64,000 nucleotides of DNA from Bigelowiella natans CCMP2755 (taxonomy: Eukaryota > Protista > Cercozoa). Shown in pieces: positions 56,274-64,000 of the stretch; position 1 is the stretch's first letter; every line of letters starts with the position of its first letter. Location of the stretch: positions 165,520 through 229,519 of the forward strand of contig ADNK01000550.1 of assembly GCA_000320545.1 (NCBI GenBank), given 5' to 3'. Position numbers and translations under genes: made by a program. The notes beneath the pieces were generated by a model, which searched no databases, was not told the origin of the DNA, and saw only the letters and a program-made list of their open reading frames with translations.

Positions 56274-59200
56274 TGTTGCGCGTAAGGTGTTCACAGGCCG
56301 AGGCGCTACGTGCACAAGTAGGCAGGGGGGGGGAAAGGCACGTTTGCTTCCTTTTGAAGAGTTGTGTTTATTTTTATTAAAGATTATATTTTTATTAAAT
56401 CGTGCACTGCGTAATCATTCGCGAAGCTTTCGCGAATGCCGCCGCACGTGGGGCAGCACACTTCCGGTGTGCTGCCATGAGTCCCGCCGGAACCCACGTG
56501 CCTATGCTGTATTAATATCTACGTTATCTATATTCTATATCCGCGACAACCCCTTTGTTGTCGCACGTGACTTGTGCCCGCGTAGTGGTACGCGCTACAC
56601 CTCCCCCAAGTCACGTTGCTCCTTCCTTCCTTCCTTATTCCCTTAGACCTTCATCGCTTTCGGAACTTCACCAACCACCAGGTAATAGATTCCTCTCTAA
56701 CCTTATCTCCTTTGTCGCTTACCCAGAACTCACCTTCGTCCTTAGGTTCGTGTCCATACCAGCCCTCTGCATCAAGGTCCCCCAGGACCTTATACCAGTG
56801 CTCAAAGGGTAAGTCGGGAACAGCTAGGTAGAGTAGCTGATATTTTCCGTCCTTTATTTTCATAGCTACCCTCTCCATATTTCGTAATCCAGGGTAGCCT
56901 AGATAGACAATCTTCATGCGCCAATCGTCGTTCACCCTGACCTTATTGTTTCCATATTCCACATCGAACTTAGGTCGGGGTCCTAAACAAGGCATTGCTC
57001 GCTCCCACACAGTAGGGTTTACTTTAACATCCTCTAGGAGCTTCTCACCGATATCATAATTCTTTAGGTGACTGATGTGGCGCAAGGTGACCCTGTTCCC
57101 ATCATAGATGTAGTACTGCTTCCTCCCCTTCCTCTCGGTAACCTTTGCAACGCCACCCCAGAAGGGGTCTTGTTTATTTCTCGATCTCAGATTTACCTTG
57201 GCCCTAACATACTGTCCTTCCTTTAGAACTCGGCCATCGTACGGGACCTTCTCGTCTTCGCTCTCGGTATCGTCGTCGTTGTCGTCGCCTTCTTCCCTCT
57301 CCTTATCCTTGATACCTCCCCCAGACGTGAAGGTGTCGTTTACTAACCCTTGTATCTTGTCTGGTGTGGTGCTATTTATCCTGCTTAGGTTGGCCAAGGT
57401 GCGGTGGAGTCGCTCTACCTTGGAGTTGGACTGGGCATAGTATACAGGTGAGGCATCAATATTAGGGTGTGGTAGCTGTAGAAGAGAGGTCTCATTATCC
57501 ACATGTAACTTCTTTGGTATCTTGTTTATGCTAACTTCATCAGGGATAGCCTGGAGCTCAGACTCCCAGGTACGGTAGCAGTTAGTAAGCCTCTGCTTAT
57601 ATAAGCCTTTGTTCTTCTTAGCAACGTTGACCTTGATAATCTTTTTAACCCAGCACTTTCCAGTGGCCACATCAACGAAGGTAAGGTAGTGATAGCCATC
57701 GTACTTATAAACATCAATTTGCACGATATCTAAGAAGTTCCTTGCTTTGATTTTCTTAGATGCACGGCTCTTGCTGGACTCCTTGGTGGCGACGCCTGCC
57801 GCCTTCAAGCTGGAGCACCTGCAGCCACGCAGGTATGTCCTTATCTCTTTTAGCTTGTAGGGCCAGTAGTAATGGTAGAGTAGAGCAGTGATATGGTTTT
57901 CTCCTACGTGTGCAGGTCCATGGGCGGTAAAGAGAAGGGCTCCCCTGGTCCGCCGTGGCACGTAGGTACGCCTAACATTATTAGTGTATACATATATCCT
58001 ATCACTAAGTACCTCATGCTTGTGTTTGTATTTATCCAGGTGTTCTTGAAGGTGCTGGAGCTCCTCTGGCTCAGGCAGGAAGTCGCCGTCCTCGAAGGTA
58101 ATCGCGTTAACCATAGGGGTGACCTGGGTAGGGACTTTCTTTTCGAACAGCCTGCTGAAATAGTCAGCAAGCTGCTTGTCTCCTGGTGCGTAGACCACTG
58201 TCCTCTTGTCCCTAAACTCTTCCGTGTCCGCCCTCATAGCTGCATACTCATCGTTAGGCGCTTCGAGCTTGCGGTCGATGCCTAGGAGGGGCTTGTGGTC
58301 AGTCATTAAGGTGAAGCTGGGCACCGACAGCAGGTAGTATCTTAGTTTCCTCTGCGCCTCAGTCATGGCTTTATACTCTCCTTTTGTAGGGCTGTACTTG
58401 GCCTCAGCTGCTGTGCAGGCCCTGCCCCACACCCGTATGATCTGCTGGTCTTGGGTAAGTACAGCAGCCATACCTAGCTTAGACCAGTCTGTCCATAGGG
58501 TAGCTGGTCTAGTAGTGTCTAGCTTAGCATTCAATAGGGTGTTGCTGCATAACTTTATTAGGTTATCGAAGTGGGCATCAAGGCCAGCCTTGGCCCACAC
58601 CTTAGCGAAGCTGAGGCCTACAGAGTTCTCCTTCCGGTAAGCAGTAGTAAAAGCAGCTGCAGTCCTAGCGTAGGTAGGGGAGAACCTACGTAGTATCCAA
58701 GCTGCAGTCTGCAAGAATGACTTTAACTCCTTTGCATTCTTAGGTTTAGGGGCTTGCTGTAGTGCTGCTACTTTCTCGGGGTTTGGGGTGATGCGGCCTT
58801 GCTCCAGTAATATCCACACCACTTGATTCTTGTAGCTAGGAATGTACACTTCTGCAGTCTAATAGTAAAACCGAAGTGTGCAAACCTAATAAATATATTT
58901 TCCAGGAGGAAGATCTGAGCGACGACTGTGTTGGTACATATTATGTCATCATCCACATACACAAACACAAACACCCACAACACAGACGCCATCCCATCAT
59001 GTGTGTATGCCCTGTAGTTCTGACTACTGAACGCATCCCCTGATATGCTTAGGCCGTAAGGGAATACGACGAAGTGCCACTTCCTGTGCTGCTGGAGAAC
59101 GCGGTAATGGGGCGGGAGGTTTTGTGGATGGGTGTCTGCATGTATGATTCATTTTTATCTAGGGAAGAGTAGTATTTGTATCCTATGACGTGTTCAATAA

Positions 59201-61986
59201 CGTCATCTATCCTTGGTGTAGGTGTCTGGATCCTCTTTATTACTCGGTTGTGGCGGATGAAGTTGTGCGCCAGGCGGAAGAAAGGGTAAGTAGGTTTCTT
59301 AGCTAGCACATGTCTCACGTTCCATGGTGAGTTGCTTGGCTCTATCTTCCCTTCCTTTGCCCATTCATTGATCTGCCACTCTATCTTTTCCCAGTCCGCT
59401 TCCGGTCGCCTATGTTCTGGGTCATTGATGATGCACTCTTCGTATCCCTTCTTTAGCTCGATCTTTACTGGGGTAAGCTTGCTGGAGGGCTTCGTCGTCG
59501 GCTTGGTGATGTCAGAGTACTTCTCGTTTAATATTTTATTAATGTACTTTTTGCCTTTGTCGATATCCCAATCATCAGCTGGGGGGGTCTTGTCCAGTAG
59601 CTCCGTTATCTGTCGGATGGTCTTGCCGGGGTTCTTCTTCCGTAGCTCGGTAGGTGTAGGTAGCTTGTTGTCCGCTAGGTCCATAAACTCTAACGCATTA
59701 ACGCTTGACTCAGAGGTCCACTCGTCAAGCCGTATCATGTTCTGGCTGATGGTCCTGCCTGACTTCTTTGGCAACTTAGCAAAGTATATCTTGTGATTGT
59801 AGAATGATATGATCCCCCCTAATTTTTCTAGGGCATCCTGTCCGAGGAGTAGTTCCATGGATAAAGTCATGGCTACTCGGGTCTTGATTTGGGTCTCCGC
59901 GTCGCTGCCAGGTATCTGTAGCTTTAGCATTAGCTCACCGACGGTCTTCATGGAAGAGCTTCCGTCTGCTTGAGCATATTTACGTTCTTTCTTAGTCACT
60001 TGATCCAATAGTCCTAACCTTCTTACTGTGCTTAGGCTTATGAAGGACTTCGGCATGCTGCCACTATCCCAAAGGGCAGGTAGTTTCTTGTAGTCTCCGT
60101 AGCTGTCTTTAACTTTAACCTTGGTCATAGCAACTTTGATAGTCCTGTAGCGTCTTCGTCATTAATGTTGCATACTCCTAAGTTCTTTATGTCGTCTAGG
60201 GTCATGGGCTTGTCTTGGTCCTGCGTTGCTGGTACTGCTGTCTTCGTCGGCGCCTGCTTAAGGTGATCTAATATTCCGTTTATCTGCTGCTGTATAGCAT
60301 TGATACTGTTCTGCTTTTTGTTCTTATATTTATTGTTCTTCCCGTTGTTGCTGCCTTGCCATTTGCTGTTGTTATATCCTTGTCCTCTGCCTTTCTTTCT
60401 CTTTAACTTCTCGTAGTGTTCGTTGAGCTGCCTGATCGTCATCCTGGGTCGTCCTTCTTTCCTGTCTCTGCAGTCTTTAGCGGTGTGTTTCCCTTTACGT
60501 GAGCAGTATCCGCAACGTCGGTTACCTTCCCTGTCCTTGTACCAGTCTCGCTGCGGCTTAATAGCGTTAATGTTTCCTATGCCAGGTACCTTAGGGCTGG
60601 TAAACTTGCGGTCCTGCTCCTGCTCGCGTAGGGATATAGCCTGCACTGCTGCCTCCATCGTGGTGTAGCCTTTCTCCGTAACGTAAGTGGATTCCTTTAT
60701 CTTTAACTTGAACTCTTCAAACCTTGCCTGATCATCACCTGTGTTGTAATTAAAATCATGTAGTTCGTCGATCATATCCTGGAAGCGCGTGGCAAAGTCT
60801 CTAACAGGTTCTCTCTCATGCTGCATCATTGCTCTGTATTTTCTAATAGCCTGGGGTAGGGAGTTAGCATCCTGTTCATTTACAAAAGCCTTCATTATCG
60901 CCTCAACGTCTCGTAGCCCACTAACTGTAGTGTGTATTTTCTCTAGCTGCCTGATCCGGGTCCTGCCTGTCTCGTAAAGGTCCATGGCTTGCTTTATTAT
61001 AGCTAGCCATTTGAGCTTGTCGTTTTCGGTGGGGTTAGGGGTAAAGTCGCAGAGTATACTCCTAGCGTTCTTCCACCACCTCCTTGCCTCACCTCTTTTC
61101 CCGTTGTATTTCGTTATCATAACCGGTGCTGTTTTAACAGACATGAACTGGGTGTTCCGCTGTACCGGCTGCTGCTGCTTGACGGTGCTCTGGGTCGTCC
61201 CCCGCGAGGCGCCCAGACCCCCGTCGTTCCTAAACAAAGCTGCCCACTCTGGAGGTAAGTCTGCTTCGTAATCCATGATGTCCTGCATGATAGCTGCCCA
61301 AACATCATGTGTCTGATACTTGTATTCTATCGATACTTTCAGTTTGGCGTAGTTGCTCGCCCTGGGTCGCAAGGCTCGTAATGCCATTACGACCTTCTTG
61401 CTTTCGGCGGCCACGTCCTCGTCGTCCGCCTCGTAGAAGTTCTCCAGTGCCTCTGCTGCTGCATCTGCTTTCTTAATCCCGGGTGCTGGTCCCGGCGGTG
61501 CCTGTGGAGGTGTTCCTCCTCCTTCCTTAGCGTCCGTATCGCCCTTCCTTTCCTGTTTCTGCTCGTGCCCTTGCACGGCCTGCGAGCCAAAGTCCTGCTG
61601 TTCTTCTAGCTGCTGTGACATTGTTAGTCAAATCGTTTCCCGTGTGTGGAAGCCAAAGGTTGTTGCGCGTAAGGTGTTCACAGGCCGAGGCGCTACGTGC
61701 ACAAGTAGGCAGGGGGGGGGAAAGGCACGTTTGCTTCCTTTTGAAGAGTTGTGTTTATTTTTATTAAAGATTATATTTTTATTAAATCGTGCACTGCGTA
61801 ATCATTCGCGAAGCTTTCGCGAATGCCGCCGCACGTGGGGCAGCACACTTCCGGTGTGCTGCCATGAGTCCCGCCGGAACCCACGTGCCTATGCTGTATT
61901 AATATCTACGTTATCTATATTCTATATCCGCGACAACCCCTTTGTTGTCGCACGTGACTTGTGCCCGCGTAGTGGTACGCGCTACA
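56274..61986 (-). mobile_element. Ty3/Gypsy LTR retrotransposon copy 3 (full length, three 1-bp deletions)
   Basis: LTRs at 56274-56599 and 61661-61986; 5713 bp; Gag-Pol broken into ORFs 60125..61621, 59049..60128 and 56651..58849 by single-base losses near 60147, 59087 and 58806; no clean TSD. Confidence 0.95.
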
Positions 61987-62122
61987 AGGCGCTACGTGCA
62001 CAAGTAGGCAGGGGGGGGGAAAGGCACGTTTGCTTCCTTTTGAAGAGTTGTGTTTATTTTTATTAAAGATTATATTTTTATTAAATCGTGCACTGCGTAA
62101 TCATTCGCGAAGCTTTCGCGAA
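61987..62122 (-). repeat. Tandem partial LTR (136 bp) abutting copy 3
   Basis: Repeats the LTR segment AGGCGCTACGTGCAC...GAAGCTTTCGCGAA. Confidence 0.9.
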
Positions 62123-64000
62123 ACGTGCTGCACATCGATGCTTTGATGCCGTATGCTAGTATGTACGTGTCAAGAGACAATACATAACAGTCTACACATA
62201 TATTGAGGCATAGCGTTACACCATCCGTCCTGTGTGTTGACTGCTATTCGTATGCTTATCGCCGCGACTTCTTCTTCTTCTTCCCCCCCTTATGATGTCT
62301 TCGGCCACCACCACCGCCTTTACCCGAACCAGGTCCCACAAGTACAACCTGACGCATGATAAGCGTAATGTGGTGTGAGCACGAAAGGGAAATACATGCA
62401 GATTATTGCATCTTCTGTGATGATGATGCCTTTTCATTTTTCTCTGAACGATGCATGCAAGGCGTTGCTCTTCGTTTATCCTAGCACACTCAGTATACCT
62501 TTGAATTTGAGATCATAACTGCTACCATCTTGTTTTCGTCCATTCCTCTCATTATCGACTTCTCGGTGACGGTGCAGATGGGCATTCTAGTGAAACTCTA
62601 TCAAAGGCAAATGAAGAACCAGAGCAGAGCACTTAGATAGACACAGAAAATGGTTTCACGTCGACCAATGTGGTAAATGGAGACGAGATGGGGTATAAAC
62701 AAGGGTGGATATATGCCACCTCAATACATGCCTTCACGGCCTTTCCCTTTTTCATTTTACCTGGTTTAATTGCACACAACCTCTTACATTATGTTATAGG
62801 TATATTCATCAATCAATGATTGGGGAACAGTTTTTATATATTGAAGTTTATCGTTCACGAAGGCAGCATTCTCTGTCGTCGTGGCCGTTGTCTTACCAGG
62901 GACAACTTTTGCTTTGAATTTGTAATCGCTCACAGCAGCAAAAGGTGCGCAAACAGGCACAGCGTATAAGATCCTAATGAAGGGGGACGGGGGTGGGGGC
63001 AGGAACGAGTATAAGAAGAGAAATCGACATCAGATAAAAAATTATCATCACGTCGCACCCACACCACCATTCTCTCACATCATGATCATGGTCATGATCA
63101 TTAACAGCTTAATGCAACATCCACCGATAGGGCGGCGAGTCCTCATCCTTTTTGTCATCATCATCATCGTCGTCATGATGGACATTGCTGCCTACGCTCC
63201 CATTCTTATCGTCATTTTTGCTTTCCCCGTCGTCCTTCTTGTTTCCAGAGAGTTTTTCGCGGAGAGGCTTGCCGGTCAGGCAATCGAGCTCCTCAATTCC
63301 AACCTTTTGTTTTTCCGTGGGGGGGGCGAGGGGGTTGTTGGTTAAGCAGTTATCAATCACGTGAAAGAAGGAGAAGAAGAAAAGGAATCGTGGTGAATGG
63401 TGAAGAAATTATGGTAAAAAATACTGACAAGAATGTGTTGATCATGCTGATTATAGTATTGGTCATAATTATAACAATCTCATTGGTTTGTCGATTTAAC
63501 TGTTTGTTTCTCCACAGCCTCATCGTCCTCCTCCTACAATGCATACAGTTAGTGATGATACCATTTCATTCAATGACGCTGAGCTCATGGACAACAGAGA
63601 AGAAGAAGAAGAAGAAGAAGAAGAAGAAGAAGGAGAGCAGCATCGAGATGGAAAACCGACACATGAAAGAATTTTTGAAAAGGAATGACCTTAGGCCTTC
63701 TTTTACTATAGCTGCTGCTGCTATGTTGCTGTTGGTTTTTCTTCTCACTACTAGAAATGCCATCCCCCTTCTTCTCTTCTTCATTGCCATTATGACCACT
63801 GCTGCCTGTATCAGGACTAGCCTTTGGGCGTTGAAGACCTTTCATACGACGATGATGTGAGAAATAACGGCAGATAACACCATGATAACTGTGAAAGAAA
63901 GGGAGGACAACCAAGAAGTCTCGTCGCGATCTCCAGGTCTTCTTCGTCCTGGTCAGCATACCTTTTCAACCATCGTAGTTCTCATTGTGTACTACCACTA

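Larger units (their letters stand above)
38400..63640. repeat. Microsatellite-rich introns and spacers: (TC)n, (TG)n, (TA)n, (GTA)n, (CTT/GAA)n
   Basis: Examples at 38740-38775 (GTA), 42350-42390 (CTT), 43195-43232 (TG), 46495-46545 (TC/AC), 47855-47888 (TA), 53060-53092 (TA), 53665-53726 (TG) and 63598-63630 (GAA). Confidence 0.9.

Noticed and set aside
62216-64000. Possible minus-strand exons; RWMLH recalls the C-terminal LHA motif of RluA pseudouridine synthases
   Set aside because: Motif too short, no catalytic HRLD seen, and the sequence is low-complexity; cannot support a call.
25330-64000. Host species assignment
   Set aside because: Intron and SSR style suggest a protist, but nothing here is diagnostic without a database search.

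Overview
This is eukaryotic (intron-rich, probably protist) genomic DNA in two parts. (1) Positions ~1-24.5 kb form a dense, apparently intronless, virus-like island, best read as an endogenous dsDNA viral element. It encodes a 1316-aa retroviral-type (rve/DDE) integrase of Polinton/virophage style, a D5-like SF3 helicase gene split by a retrotransposon, a small membrane protein resembling a family common in Nucleocytoviricota, a divergent full-length histone H3, and a 71-aa protein made of an H3 N-terminal tail fused to unrelated sequence. Several orphan ORFs in the island are preceded by a repeated CACGTG-rich promoter/5'UTR cassette. No capsid, packaging ATPase or DNA polymerase gene, and no left border, was recognised in the window. 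(2) Positions ~25.3-64 kb are host-type spliced genes: an FKBP PPIase, an ATG17-like gene, a mucin-like repeat exon, a kinesin-3, and a threonine synthase-like gene with a predicted C-terminal membrane anchor. Three near-identical copies of one young Ty3/Gypsy LTR retrotransposon are superimposed on both parts. Its consensus is 5716 bp with 326-bp LTRs, a 4-bp TSD and a single 1657-aa Gag-Pol. Each copy carries a different lesion, and the integrase ends in a domain resembling a degenerate Dam-like N6-adenine methyltransferase. All family assignments come from motifs read by eye; no database search was run.
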